64,000 nt of DNA from Acidobacteriaceae bacterium (lineage in GTDB: Bacteria; Acidobacteriota; Terriglobia; Terriglobales; Acidobacteriaceae). Positions 10,045 through 20,148 of the stretch are shown here, piece by piece. A program made the position numbers and the translations under genes. Position 1 is the stretch's first letter, and each line of letters opens with the position of its first letter. Location of the stretch: positions 4,620 to 68,619 of the forward strand of contig JANXZS010000071.1 of the NCBI GenBank assembly GCA_025355385.1, read 5' to 3'. The notes under the pieces were generated by a model. It was not told the DNA's origin. It searched no databases and was given only the letters and a program-made list of their open reading frames with translations.

Positions 10045-10202
10045 GTATCCGTGTCTCTTCCTTACCCGGGCCTGATGCCGCTTCTGCTGCTACATTTCCT
10101 CGGATATAAACGCTGTCTTGATACCGAGGGAACGGCTATCGAACCGATACCCCTACATCCGAGTGTAGCCATTTTCGCGCGAAGGAGAGTTTAGGGATTG
10201 CC

Positions 10203-10667
10203 CTAGTGGCGAAATACCTGAAGCATTAACTCTGACTGCACCTGGTCAAGCTGCTTCAGCGTAGCTTGCAGCTTCGGACGGTCATCCAACGAAGCTCCAT
10301 AAAGTATTTCTTTCAGCCGGAAACTGGTGTGGCGCATCAGGATTTCCGCGTTCTTCAGTCTCTTGGTATCCTCGGCCAATCCCATATGGATTTTTGCAGC
10401 GTATTGCTGCACGGTGTTCAGGGTAACGTCCGCCAGATCAACATCGCCCGAGGCGAGTTGTCGGGCGGCTAATTCCGTCATCTGATGAACGAGTTCGGCG
10501 TACAGGAAGCATTGTTCGCGTGGCTGCGCGAGAGCCGCCCTTTGCACCAGGGCTGCAATGGCTTGAGGATCGGATGGCCTTTCGTCAACTGCGAGAGCGC
10601 AAGGAGGTGAGAGCACACAGGTCAGTGATAACGAGCAGAGAAGAGCAGATACTGACACGAACCGCAT
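10203..10667 (-). CDS. hypothetical secreted helical protein
   Basis: ORF-track frame 10203-10745, trimmed to the internal Met that begins the signal peptide MRFVSVSALLCSLSLTCVLSPPCALA. The untrimmed N-terminus would overlap the TPR gene. Confidence 0.55.
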   Translation of the reverse strand: MRFVSVSALLCSLSLTCVLSPPCALAVDERPSDPQAIAALVQRAALAQPREQCFLYAELVHQMTELAARQLASGDVDLADVTLNTVQQYAAKIHMGLAEDTKRLKNAEILMRHTSFRLKEILYGASLDDRPKLQATLKQLDQVQSELMLQVFRH

Positions 10668-10699
10668 AAAGCACCTCCTAGGTGCCACGGCCACGATCG

Positions 10700-12019
10700 T
10701 TAGTGCGTAAGACCAAGAGCAACCAGACGGTGTTTGGCTTGCCACTCCTGATCGGGAAACTTGCCTTTTGCGGCTGCCAGAAACTTCTGATAATACTCAA
10801 TCGCCAACTTCAGCTGATGCAGGCTATCGTACGCCGTTGCTCTTAGGAAGTAAGTTGCAGGCGTTTCGGCGATGTATTTTGATCGCATCGATAAAGCATC
10901 AAGTGTGGTGGCGTACTGCTTTAACTTGGAGGATGCAAGCGCTAATCCAGACCAGGCATCCTCGTCTTCTGGCTGGATTTTGAGGGCCTGCTGGTAGGCA
11001 GCCATGGATTCCGGGTACTTCTCCAAATGCAGAAGGCATTTTCCGCGCCCCGTGAGAAGTTCGGCGTCCCCGGGAGACTGGGCGGTCAGCTTCGCGAATA
11101 GCGCGTCTGCCTTGGCGTAATCGCCGGTTCCCAAGAGGGTTTCAGCCAGCATTCTGCCTACCACCGCATCGGCAGGGTGGGTCTGTTGCAGCTTTTCGAG
11201 AGCGACAATTGCCTGCTGCGGTCTGTCTTCGGCGAGCAGGATCGCCGCCCATTGCCCGTTCAGAGCGGGATCGGCCGGATCGCGCTCCAAAGCACTAGCC
11301 AGAATGGGCTCCGCCTCGGTGTATTTTTTCTGCTTCATCAGCAGGTGAACCAGGCCAACGGTTGCGACGGAAGAATCGGCATGAGCCGCCAGCACGCGCC
11401 GATAGGCCGTTTCCGCCGTCTCCGGGTCGTCGCTGGCCTCGGCAATCTCCGCTGTCAGCAGAGTATCCTCGCTGGATTCAGGACTGATCTTCAGAGCTTC
11501 CAGAAGCGCAGATTTTGCTCTTGAGGGATCGGAGCTTCGGTCGAGTTGCGCCAGGGTTCGCCAGGCCCGGGCCTTTACGCCGGGATGTGCGGTGGCCGGT
11601 TCCAGCAGAGTTGCCGCTTCGATATATAGTCGCGCCTCGTCCAGCTTGCCATCGCGTGCCAGCACCAGACCCAGCGCCAGTTGCGATTCCATCTGCTTAG
11701 GATCCGCCTCGATCGCCCTCTTATAAGCTACGGTTGCCTGTTCGTCGTGATCGCTTAAGTCCTCCAGGTAACCGATGTCAAAGAGCGCTCGAGCATCCGT
11801 CGCATGTTGGGCAAGGTAGCCGTCGAGGATAGTGCGGGCCCCAACTAAGTCTTTCTGAGACATTTTATCTTCCGCGCTGGCGAGCTCACCGTCGGGGGGA
11901 GTGGCCTCTGCATGATCGGGTGTGTGCGTTGCCGGTGACAGCGGCGATTGTTGTCCAAAAGCGATACCAGGGGCTGCCAACAACACGCACCAGAGGAACT
12001 TCACTGATAATTTGGTCAC
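10700..12019 (-). CDS. secreted tetratricopeptide-repeat protein
   Basis: Many TPR-like A..Y..AL...P repeats. Trimmed to GTG 12019 (V/M-TKLSVKFLWCVLLAAPGIAFGQ signal peptide). GTG 12004 is an alternative start. The ORF-track N-terminal extension overlaps uvrA. Confidence 0.75.
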   Translation of the reverse strand: MTKLSVKFLWCVLLAAPGIAFGQQSPLSPATHTPDHAEATPPDGELASAEDKMSQKDLVGARTILDGYLAQHATDARALFDIGYLEDLSDHDEQATVAYKRAIEADPKQMESQLALGLVLARDGKLDEARLYIEAATLLEPATAHPGVKARAWRTLAQLDRSSDPSRAKSALLEALKISPESSEDTLLTAEIAEASDDPETAETAYRRVLAAHADSSVATVGLVHLLMKQKKYTEAEPILASALERDPADPALNGQWAAILLAEDRPQQAIVALEKLQQTHPADAVVGRMLAETLLGTGDYAKADALFAKLTAQSPGDAELLTGRGKCLLHLEKYPESMAAYQQALKIQPEDEDAWSGLALASSKLKQYATTLDALSMRSKYIAETPATYFLRATAYDSLHQLKLAIEYYQKFLAAAKGKFPDQEWQAKHRLVALGLTH

Positions 12020-12020
12020 A

Positions 12021-14945
12021 TCACACCGCCACTTCGGTGGAAGGTTGTGTCCGGGGTACAAGTACGCGTGCCAGCCATTGGCCGGTGTGCGATTGCTCGC
12101 ACTGGATGATCTGCTCGGGGGTGCCGGTGGCCACAACATGGCCGCCACCCGCCCCGCCCTCGGGTCCAAGATCGATGATCCAGTCCGCCGACTTGATGAT
12201 GTCCAGGTTATGTTCAATGACCACCAGCGAACCTCCGCCGTCGATGAGTTTGCGGAACGACATAAGCAGCTTGCTGACGTCGTCGAAATGCAATCCCGTC
12301 GTCGGCTCATCCAGGATATAAAGTACGCGGCTGCGGGCCTTCTTCGCCGCGCTGCTCTCTCCTTTCGGACGTCCAGTGGTCAAATGCGCGGCAAGCTTCA
12401 CGCGCTGTGCTTCACCGCCGGAGAGAGTTGTCGCCGACTGGCCAAGTCGCACGTAACCCAGCCCAACCTCCTCCAGTACACCCAGCTTGTCGACGATGCG
12501 CGGATGACCGGCAAAGAACCGCAGAGCCTCCTTCACCGTCATCGAAAGCACCTCGTGGATATTGCGGCCTTTGTACTTTACGTCGAGTACCACAGATTTG
12601 TACCGAGTACCGTTACACTCTTCGCAGGGCAGTTCAACATCTGCGAGGAACTGCATCTCCACCGTCACCGTACCGTCGCCATCGCACACATTACAGCGGC
12701 CCCCGGGCACATTGAAAGAGAAGTGTCCGGGCGTATAGCCATGACGCTGGGCCTCGGGTTGCGAAGCGAAGAGCTCACGAATGCTATCGAATGCCTTGAT
12801 ATATGTGACTGGATTCGAGCGCGGTGTCCGACCGATGGGTGTTTGATCGACCAGCACAATATCGTTGAGTCGATCCGCGCCCTTTAGCTCGCTATAGAGT
12901 CCACCTGGGTCTCCGCCCTCGTTATTGCCGAGCGCGTGGGAGACGGCGCGATACAGTACGTCATGCACCAGGGTAGATTTGCCGGAACCGGAAACCCCGG
13001 TAATGCAGACCAGCATGCCCAGCGGAATTTCACAATCAATGTTTTTGAGGTTGTGGATGCGCGCCCCACGCAGCAGCAATCGTTCCTGGCCGGGCTCGCG
13101 TCGGCGTGAGGGCACAGGGATAGTGAGCAGTCCGTTCAGATATCGTCCCGTGAGAGAGTCTGGATTGTCTTCCACCTCTGCGACGGTGCCCGCAGCCAGG
13201 AGGCGACCACCTAATTCGCCTGCACCAGGGCCCAGATCAAGCAGGTAATCGGCGGCGCGGATCACGTCCGGATCATGCTCGACGACGAGGATTGTGTTGC
13301 CGAGATCGCGCAACTCCTCCAGTATGCGAATCAATTTCGCCGTGTCGCGACTATGCAGTCCGATCGACGGTTCATCTAAAACATAGAGCGCTCCGACGAG
13401 GCGCGAGCCCAGGGACGTGGCAAGCTGGATGCGCTGCGATTCGCCACCCGAGAGGGTTGAGGCAAGGCGGTCGAGCGTGAGGTAGTCAAGCCCGACGGCA
13501 TCGAGAAAATGCAGGCGCTGGCGTACTTCGCCAAGGATGCTTCCGGCAATTTCGTGCTGCATCGGAGTGAGCTTCAGCGAGCCGAAAAACTCGTTGGCCG
13601 CGGTAATGGTGAGCGCCGCTACGTCGCAGATGTTTCGACCGGAAAGCCGCACTGCGCGAGCCTCGGCACGCAGGCGTTGTCCCTTGCACTCCGGACACAG
13701 AGCGTATCCGCGATATTTGCTGAGCATCACGCGAACGTGAAGCTTGTACTTTTTGCGCTCAAGATACTCAAAAAAACCGTGCACGCCGAGGAACGATCCT
13801 TTGCCGTGGAGCAATGTCTCCTGCTGCGCGAGGGTCATGTCGTGCCAGGGCACGTCGAGCGGCACGCCCAGTGATTTCGCTGAGCGCTTCAGCTCGGTAA
13901 AGTAGGGGCGATACTTGGGCCGCGTCCACGGATCAATCGCGCCCTCGTCCAGCGTCTTCGACCTATCTGGAATGATCAGGTTCAGGTCGAAGTCGATGGT
14001 ATTGCCGAAGCCCTGGCAGCGCGGGCAGGCGCCATACGGATTGTTGAACGAGAAGAGGCGGGGCTCTGGTTCGCGATAGATGCGATGGCACGTCTTACAT
14101 TCGAAGGCCATCGAAAATCGCAGACGCTGGCGGTCGCGGATTTCGTCCTCACGGGGTACGATCTCGTAAAGAATTTCTCCAGACTCGCGATAGCCGATTT
14201 CTGCCGCGTCCACAATACGCGCACGATTCTCCGGGGACACCACGATGCGATCGACAAGGATGAAGACCGGCAGCGTGAAATCGAGATCGAGCAGTGACTC
14301 TGGCGTGGAGAACTCGAAGATAGTGTTGTTCTGATAGAGGCGATTGAATCCGCGCCGTCGCAATTCCGACAAACGCTCTTTCAGCGATTCGGAGAGTGTT
14401 TCCACGGGTTTGGCTGCAGCCGGTCGGCCGCGCTTGGCTGGCTTGGGCGCTTCTGTTGATGGAGCGGGAAGAGTCGCTGCAACCGGGAAGATCGCGTGCA
14501 GTCGCGTGCCTTCGCCGAGCGCCAGCACCGCTTCCGCTATCTCATCCACACTGTCGCGTTTTACGATGCCGTCGCAGGCGATGCAGTGCACGGTACCGCA
14601 ACGCGCGTACAGCAGACGCATATAGTCATAGATTTCGGTAGCTGTAGCGACGGTGGAGCGCGGGTTGCGCGTCCCGTTCTTCTGCTTGATGGCGATCGCG
14701 GGAGCGAGACCGTCGATCAGATCTACATCCGGCTTCTCGATACGCTCAAGAAACTGCCGAGCATAGGCCGAAAGCGATTCCACGTACCGTCGCTGGCCTT
14801 CAGCATAGATGGTGTCGAATGCGAGCGAAGATTTTCCCGAGCCAGACACTCCAGAGATGACCGTCAGCTTCCCGTGCGGTATGTCGCAGTCGATATTCTT
14901 CAGGTTGTGGGTGCGTGCGCCGCGAATGATTATCTGATCGGTCAA
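12021..14945 (-). CDS. uvrA: excinuclease ABC subunit A
   Basis: [18 protein letters not shown]. Two ABC modules ([23 protein letters not shown]; [24 protein letters not shown]). Zinc-finger cysteines. TTG start. Confidence 0.95.
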   Translation of the reverse strand: MTDQIIIRGARTHNLKNIDCDIPHGKLTVISGVSGSGKSSLAFDTIYAEGQRRYVESLSAYARQFLERIEKPDVDLIDGLAPAIAIKQKNGTRNPRSTVATATEIYDYMRLLYARCGTVHCIACDGIVKRDSVDEIAEAVLALGEGTRLHAIFPVAATLPAPSTEAPKPAKRGRPAAAKPVETLSESLKERLSELRRRGFNRLYQNNTIFEFSTPESLLDLDFTLPVFILVDRIVVSPENRARIVDAAEIGYRESGEILYEIVPREDEIRDRQRLRFSMAFECKTCHRIYREPEPRLFSFNNPYGACPRCQGFGNTIDFDLNLIIPDRSKTLDEGAIDPWTRPKYRPYFTELKRSAKSLGVPLDVPWHDMTLAQQETLLHGKGSFLGVHGFFEYLERKKYKLHVRVMLSKYRGYALCPECKGQRLRAEARAVRLSGRNICDVAALTITAANEFFGSLKLTPMQHEIAGSILGEVRQRLHFLDAVGLDYLTLDRLASTLSGGESQRIQLATSLGSRLVGALYVLDEPSIGLHSRDTAKLIRILEELRDLGNTILVVEHDPDVIRAADYLLDLGPGAGELGGRLLAAGTVAEVEDNPDSLTGRYLNGLLTIPVPSRRREPGQERLLLRGARIHNLKNIDCEIPLGMLVCITGVSGSGKSTLVHDVLYRAVSHALGNNEGGDPGGLYSELKGADRLNDIVLVDQTPIGRTPRSNPVTYIKAFDSIRELFASQPEAQRHGYTPGHFSFNVPGGRCNVCDGDGTVTVEMQFLADVELPCEECNGTRYKSVVLDVKYKGRNIHEVLSMTVKEALRFFAGHPRIVDKLGVLEEVGLGYVRLGQSATTLSGGEAQRVKLAAHLTTGRPKGESSAAKKARSRVLYILDEPTTGLHFDDVSKLLMSFRKLIDGGGSLVVIEHNLDIIKSADWIIDLGPEGGAGGGHVVATGTPEQIIQCEQSHTGQWLARVLVPRTQPSTEVAV

Positions 14946-15059
14946 ATGGGTATCCTGGTCTCCGCATCTGCCGTAGCTCGGATAGTTCTCCGGCTCGACA
15001 GCAAAACTCTTCCGCTCTAATTATAAGGATTGGCGGGGGCTGAAACAGCAGTGCGGGAG

Positions 15060-15581
15060 CTAGCTTGCACGACTCTCAAGCGAGGCCGGCTTGGTGCCGC
15101 GAAAAGCGTCCAGCATCAATAAGATAGCCCCAACAACAATGGCTGAGTCGGCCAGGTTGAAATCCGGCCAGTGATAACTGAGGATGTAAACCTGGAGGAA
15201 ATCAACAACAGAAGCGAAACGCAACCGGTCGTAAAGATTGCCGATGGCGCCCCCGAGAATGAGCGCGAGGGACACCGTGGTCAGCGTGAATTGGTGGCCC
15301 ATTTTCAGCAAGACTGCAAAGACCGCCACAGCGGCCACTACCGAAAAGCCAATCAACATAAGGCGAACCCGCTCCGGCGAGAGGGAATCGGCAAAGAGGC
15401 TGAAGGCTGCTCCGGAGTTGAGCACGTGGGTAATGCGAAAGACGCGCGGAATGACCGGGATTGCCTGACCGAGTTCGATGTGCAGCGTGACCCAGATCTT
15501 CGTCAGGCGGTCGAAGAGTATAACCAGGGCAGAGAGAGCAAGCAGCGGTACGCGCCAATCGCGCGGTCGCGAATGGATCAC
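15060..15581 (-). CDS. lspA: lipoprotein signal peptidase II
   Basis: 4-TM protein with LFDRLTK, NSGAAFS and NLYDR motifs. 4-nt overlap with the ileS stop. Confidence 0.9.
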   Translation of the reverse strand: MIHSRPRDWRVPLLALSALVILFDRLTKIWVTLHIELGQAIPVIPRVFRITHVLNSGAAFSLFADSLSPERVRLMLIGFSVVAAVAVFAVLLKMGHQFTLTTVSLALILGGAIGNLYDRLRFASVVDFLQVYILSYHWPDFNLADSAIVVGAILLMLDAFRGTKPASLESRAS

Positions 15582-18484
15582 GCGTGCGCCTCCTCAAACG
15601 CTGGTGGTTCAATGCCCATCTCGGCGAGCGCCGATTGGCAGCGTCCGCAAACACGCGGCCAGGCTCCGTAGGCCGAGACGTCGAGCATGTAGTTCCAGCA
15701 GCGATCGCACTTATCGCCATCGGCAGGCGAGACTTCTACCACAACGTCGTTACCCAATGCCTTGTCTTCGAGAAGCTCCACCTGGGCAACATTGAACAAT
15801 TCTTTTAGACTCTTCTTATCGTCCTTAAGGTCCCCAAACGTAGACGCACCGGCTTTGATCGTGACCTTGGCTTCGATTGATTTGCCAATTTGCTTCGCCT
15901 GCCGTGCCTCTTCAAGTGCCTTCAGTACATCAACCCTGGTCTCTAAAACCACGCGCCAGCCATTTCGGTCGCTGATTGCTGGGTACATCGCGACTCCCGG
16001 CAATCTTGCTGGTAGCGGTGGTTCTAGAGCTAAATCGTCCAGCAGCGGGAACCGCGCCAGATGCACGCTCGCCTCGCGCCCGGGTACGACAGGCAGATAA
16101 CTCCAGACCTCCTCCGCCGTAAAACTGAGGATGGGAGCCACCAGCCGGGCCAGAGCCTCAGTGATCTTCCAGATCACCGTCTGCGCCGCTCGCCGTGCCG
16201 GGTTCGTGGGCGCGAAGGTATACATGCGGTCCTTGAGCACGTCCAGGTAGAGCGAGCTAAGATCGACGACGGCAAACTCGTTAAGCGCCATGTAAACGCG
16301 GTGAAACTCAAATTGCTCGTACCAGCGCAGCACGTTATCCGTCACTGCACGGGTGCGTGACAACATGTATTGATCCAGCGGCCCCATCTGATCAAAGGCA
16401 GCTGCATCCTTTGCCGGATCGAAGCCGTTCAGATTGCCCAGCAGGAAGCGGAAGGTATTGCGCAGCTTGCGATAATTGTCGGCGACACGTTGCATCAGGT
16501 TTTCGCTGGCGGCTACGTCTTCGCGGAAATCGACCGAGGCAACCCATAGGCGCACAATCTCTCCGCCGAGCCTCTTGGCAATGTCCACTGGATCCACCCC
16601 ATTGCCCAGCGACTTAGAGAGCGGGCGGCCCTGCTCGTCAAGCGTCCAGCCGGAGGTGGCGACCATCTTGTAGGGCGCGGAGCCCTTGACCGCAACCGAG
16701 GTCAGCAGGGAAGAGTGGAACCAGCCGCGATGCTGGTCTCCCCCCTCAATGTAGAGGTCGGCTGGCCATTGCAATTCCGGATCGGCTTCGAGTACCGCGT
16801 GCCAGCTTGCACCGGACTCAAACCAGACGTCGAGGATGTCCATTTCTTTACGGAACTCTGTACCCCCGCAGCCATCCTGCGAGCAGACAGTGCCCGCAGG
16901 CAACAACGCTTCCGGCTCATGGACATACCAGGCGTCGGCACCCTCCCGGGCAAAAAGTTCCACGATGCTTCGGTTGACTGCAGCATTATTGAGAGGTCTG
17001 TGGCACGTCTTGCAGAGGAACACCGCGATCGGCACGCCCCATATGCGCTGGCGCGAGATGCACCAGTCCGGACGCGTCGCGATCATGTTGGAGATGCGCT
17101 CTTCGCCCCATTTGGGATCCCACTTGACACGCTTGATCTCGTCGAGAGCGCGCTGGCGAAAGGTGGTGGGGGAGCCATCGGCCTGCTTCATCGGAGTCTC
17201 CATGCCGATGAACCATTGCTCCGTGGCGCGGAAGATGATTGGCTTGTGGCAGCGCCAGCAGTGCGGATAAGAGTGCTGAATGTCCGACCGCCCCATGAGC
17301 GCGCCGCGTGATCTCAACAGTTCAATAATGGGCTCGTTGGCCTTGAAGACCGTCAGCCCCTCGTACTCCGGCAGGCCGTCCCGGATGTGTCCGCCATTGT
17401 CGACGTGGCACTCCTGGCTTAGGCCGTAACGAACCCCGGTATAGAAGTCGTCTGCGCCGTGCGCTGGAGCGGTGTGAACTGCGCCCGTCCCCTGCTCGGT
17501 GGTCACATAATCGGCATTCACGCCGAGGATCGAGCGCTCCAAAAAAGGATGCTGGAAGGTGGCATATTCCAGCTTTGAGCCCTTGAAGCGAGCCACTTCG
17601 ACCGCGTTCTGCAATCCGCAGGCCTCGCGCGTCGAGGCTGCGAGCGCCTCGGCCATCAGGTAGGTCTGTCCGTCCTGCTCTATCGCGATGTACTCAAACT
17701 GCGGGTGGAACGCGATGGCCAGAGAGGCGGGCAGCGTCCACGGCGTGGTTGTCCATATGATTGCGTTTACCATCTTCCCGCCCAATGCCGGGTCGATCGC
17801 AGCCGGATCGCTAGTAAGCGCGTACCGGACATAGGTGCTGGGGCTGGTGTGCATGTCGTACTCCACTTCGGCTTCGGCCAGAGCGGTACGATCCTGTATG
17901 CACCAGTAAACGGGCTTCAATCCCTTGTAGACAAATCCCTGCTCAAGGAACTGGAAAAGCAACTCGACGATCTTCGACTCGTACTCGATCGTCATGGTGG
18001 AGTAGGGATTGTTCCAGCGGCCAAAGACGCCGAGACGTTCAAACTGCGATTTCTGCAGGTCTAGGTATTTCTGCGCGTACTCTCTACAGGCGCGGCGCAC
18101 CGAGATGGCCGGCATCTCCAGCTTCTTGCGCCCGAGCTGTTCATCTACCTTGATTTCAATCGGCAGACCATGACAGTCCCATCCCGGAACATAGGGGGCA
18201 TCGTACCCGGCCATCGTCTTCGATTTAACGACGAAATCCTTCAGAGACTTATTCAGGGCGTGGCCCAGGTGGATGGGCCCATTGGCATATGGCGGGCCAT
18301 CGTGGAGAACATATTTGGGCGAGCCTAACCGCGCCTGGCGAATCTGCTCATAAAGATTGGTTTCCGCCCATACCTTGAGGCGGGTGGGCTCATTCTGAGG
18401 CAGGTTGGCTTTCATTGGAAAGTCGGTCTGAGGAAGGGTGAGGGTCGCCTTAAGCTCCAGCGGAGCGGACATCGTATCTCCCAT
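15578..18484 (-). CDS. ileS: isoleucine--tRNA ligase
   Basis: [15 protein letters not shown] (HIGH), KMSKS-equivalent region LSKSLGN, C-terminal Zn cysteines (CDRCW...CGRC). Confidence 0.95.
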   Translation of the reverse strand: MGDTMSAPLELKATLTLPQTDFPMKANLPQNEPTRLKVWAETNLYEQIRQARLGSPKYVLHDGPPYANGPIHLGHALNKSLKDFVVKSKTMAGYDAPYVPGWDCHGLPIEIKVDEQLGRKKLEMPAISVRRACREYAQKYLDLQKSQFERLGVFGRWNNPYSTMTIEYESKIVELLFQFLEQGFVYKGLKPVYWCIQDRTALAEAEVEYDMHTSPSTYVRYALTSDPAAIDPALGGKMVNAIIWTTTPWTLPASLAIAFHPQFEYIAIEQDGQTYLMAEALAASTREACGLQNAVEVARFKGSKLEYATFQHPFLERSILGVNADYVTTEQGTGAVHTAPAHGADDFYTGVRYGLSQECHVDNGGHIRDGLPEYEGLTVFKANEPIIELLRSRGALMGRSDIQHSYPHCWRCHKPIIFRATEQWFIGMETPMKQADGSPTTFRQRALDEIKRVKWDPKWGEERISNMIATRPDWCISRQRIWGVPIAVFLCKTCHRPLNNAAVNRSIVELFAREGADAWYVHEPEALLPAGTVCSQDGCGGTEFRKEMDILDVWFESGASWHAVLEADPELQWPADLYIEGGDQHRGWFHSSLLTSVAVKGSAPYKMVATSGWTLDEQGRPLSKSLGNGVDPVDIAKRLGGEIVRLWVASVDFREDVAASENLMQRVADNYRKLRNTFRFLLGNLNGFDPAKDAAAFDQMGPLDQYMLSRTRAVTDNVLRWYEQFEFHRVYMALNEFAVVDLSSLYLDVLKDRMYTFAPTNPARRAAQTVIWKITEALARLVAPILSFTAEEVWSYLPVVPGREASVHLARFPLLDDLALEPPLPARLPGVAMYPAISDRNGWRVVLETRVDVLKALEEARQAKQIGKSIEAKVTIKAGASTFGDLKDDKKSLKELFNVAQVELLEDKALGNDVVVEVSPADGDKCDRCWNYMLDVSAYGAWPRVCGRCQSALAEMGIEPPAFEEAHA

Positions 18485-18727
18485 GTGCGTGATTGAATGT
18501 AATTATCTATTGTAGCTGCCGTCGACGATAAAAAATGAGGTTGAAAAAACAAGGTGACCGAATAGGCATTTGCGGCGTCTAACGAAAGTAGTAGCCAGGC
18601 AACCCGAACCAGACCGGGTACTGTCACTGAGAGCCCTGCTGTACAGCGCGAAGCTAGCATTCGGAGACAACCGAGGCAGAAGATTCCGGGAACGCGAACA
18701 AGACAAGCAGCCTAGTGGTCGTCCATA

Positions 18728-19897
18728 ATGAGGAGATTGCGGCAGGTCGCTAATGGCGGCTTTCCAGCACAAGTACATATGGGTAATCAGGTATTGACAC
18801 CTCCGGAGCTGGATCCAGGAAAGCAGTCACAGGATAACGGACATGAGCCTGTCGAGCAGCTGTTTGAAGCAGACGGCTCGATGTGGAGTTCGTTGGTCTC
18901 CAATGTGCGCGATGCCTTCTCCTCGAACAAGCAGGATCCTTTACAGTTAAGCTCCCACTCTGTGACTGTTGCCGACCCTCTGGCTCAGCCCCCGATCTGG
19001 AAAGAGATGACGGAGAACGTCCTCGACGTCTTTTTCCCGCGGAAGCTTCCCCCACTGGAACTCACGTCGAAGCCGATCGCGGTCAAGGAGCTCCTTGCAG
19101 AGAAGCGGAGCCCTGCTTCGAGCCTCCTTTCCTTTGTGATCCACGTGGTGGTCATCGCGCTCATCGGTGTTCTGCTGATCAATAAGATCGTGCATAAGCC
19201 GACTCCTAAGCCAGCGCTTAATCTGACAGACGTGGATGTGAAGCCATTTATTCCAATCACGCCTAAGAATAATCAGTCCATGGGGGGTGGCGGTGGCGGT
19301 GGCGATCGTGACATTGTGGATGTTTCCAAAGGCAAGCTGCCTAAATTTGACAAGCAGCAAATCACACCTCCACAGATCGTTCGCAACGACAAGCCAAAAT
19401 TGCCAATTCCCCCGACAATCGTGATGCCGAACGTCAAGCTTCCTGACGCCAACATGCCGAATCTGGGCATGCCATCCTCAAACCAGGTAGCCTTGGCGTC
19501 GAATGGTGCAGGCAGCGGCAGTGGTATGGGCAACGGAAACGGCGGTGGCCTCGGCAACGGGTCGGGTAACGGAATTGGAAACGGTACAGGCGGCGGCTAT
19601 GGCGGTGGTGTTTACCACGTAGGCGGAGGAGTCTCAGCGCCTTCACTGATCTTCTCGGTTGACCCTGAGTTCTCAGACGAAGCACGCCGCGCTAAGTATC
19701 AGGGTATCTGCATAGTCTCGATGATCGTCGATGCCCAGGGAAACCCGCAGCATGTCCGAGTCTCGCGTCCTCTGGGCATGGGCCTCGATCAAAAAGCTCT
19801 CGATGCCGTGCGACAGTATCGATTTAAACCGGCCTTCTTCCAAGGACATGCGGTCCCGGTCGAAATCAGTATCGAAGTAAACTTCCGCATTTACTAG
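18728..19897 (+). CDS. TonB-family protein (TM anchor, Pro/Gly-rich linker, TonB C-terminal domain)
   Basis: C-terminus VGGGVSAPSLIFSVDPEFSDEARRAKYQGICIVSMIVDAQGNPQHVRVSRPLGMGLDQKALDAVRQYRFKPA. The start may instead be ATG 18779. Confidence 0.8.
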   Translation: MRRLRQVANGGFPAQVHMGNQVLTPPELDPGKQSQDNGHEPVEQLFEADGSMWSSLVSNVRDAFSSNKQDPLQLSSHSVTVADPLAQPPIWKEMTENVLDVFFPRKLPPLELTSKPIAVKELLAEKRSPASSLLSFVIHVVVIALIGVLLINKIVHKPTPKPALNLTDVDVKPFIPITPKNNQSMGGGGGGGDRDIVDVSKGKLPKFDKQQITPPQIVRNDKPKLPIPPTIVMPNVKLPDANMPNLGMPSSNQVALASNGAGSGSGMGNGNGGGLGNGSGNGIGNGTGGGYGGGVYHVGGGVSAPSLIFSVDPEFSDEARRAKYQGICIVSMIVDAQGNPQHVRVSRPLGMGLDQKALDAVRQYRFKPAFFQGHAVPVEISIEVNFRIY

Positions 19898-20148
19898 AGC
19901 AGAAGCAGGGTTACTGTAAGGTGAGCCACGGATCTCAGCAGGCATTTTCATAAAGAAAATGACTACATCGATGACGCTGGATACATCACACAATCCTGCT
20001 TCCGCTCTAGGCGGTATCCACATTTAGCTTTAGCATAGCCGAGCAGACGCCCGGGCGACGAGGGCCTGCAGCAGGCTTGGATTTCACGTAGTGATGGCGA
20101 AGCGCCGGGTCTCTGAAACTCCTCTATTGATTCAGACTTGCGGCTGAA

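Noticed and set aside
10120-10175. tRNA-like nested stems (GGCTA...TAGCC enclosing ATCG-AAC-CGAT and CTACA-N6-TGTAG), with a GGTTCGA word on the opposite strand.
   Set aside because: The supposed T-loop has only 3 nt. There is no D-arm, anticodon-arm or acceptor geometry, and the length is wrong. It is most likely a fortuitous or simple transcript-end structure.
12020-12310. N-terminal extension of the TPR ORF (ORF track 10700-12310) overlapping 290 nt of uvrA.
   Set aside because: The extension has no domain features. A signal peptide begins right at GTG 12019, one nt after the uvrA stop, so the shorter model is far more plausible.
11922-12887. 321-aa plus-strand ORF, with several 100-170-aa neighbours, inside uvrA. 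Similar long ORFs run antisense to or out of frame with ileS (for example 16715-17311), the permeases (3912-4538, 5589-6203), fetB (55332-56153), pstC (39627-40364), SCO (49727-50317) and the lipoprotein gene (32379-33332).
   Set aside because: They lie opposite to, or frame-shifted within, genes that have unmistakable family motifs. Their products are Arg/Ala/Pro/Gly-rich and low in complexity, as expected from GC-rich DNA, and they have no recognisable domains.
18489-18507. Fur-box-like AT-rich word (GATTGAATGTAATTATCTA) between ileS and the TonB-family gene.
   Set aside because: Only one good ATTATC hexamer is present. The site abuts the ileS start and lies more than 220 nt from the TonB-family start, so it is not a convincing 19-bp Fur box.
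18485-18727. Possible T-box or attenuator leader for ileS: T-runs at 18520-18560 and AGUACCCGG resembling the T-box GGUACCGCG core.
   Set aside because: The segment matches only about 7 of 12 T-box core positions, and the UGGN acceptor-pairing bases are absent. I could not fold a specifier-loop/stem I or a terminator-antiterminator pair. A TACAAT -10-like element about 25 nt upstream of the ATG suggests a short leader. The gap must also hold the divergent tonB-family promoter.
19270-19600. Repetitive GGN/GGC-rich DNA (also at 58400-58520) that might be taken for tandem repeats or a CRISPR-like array.
   Set aside because: It is in-frame Gly/Asn/Ser-rich linker coding sequence of the TonB-family and TPM proteins. 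There is no repeat-spacer periodicity.
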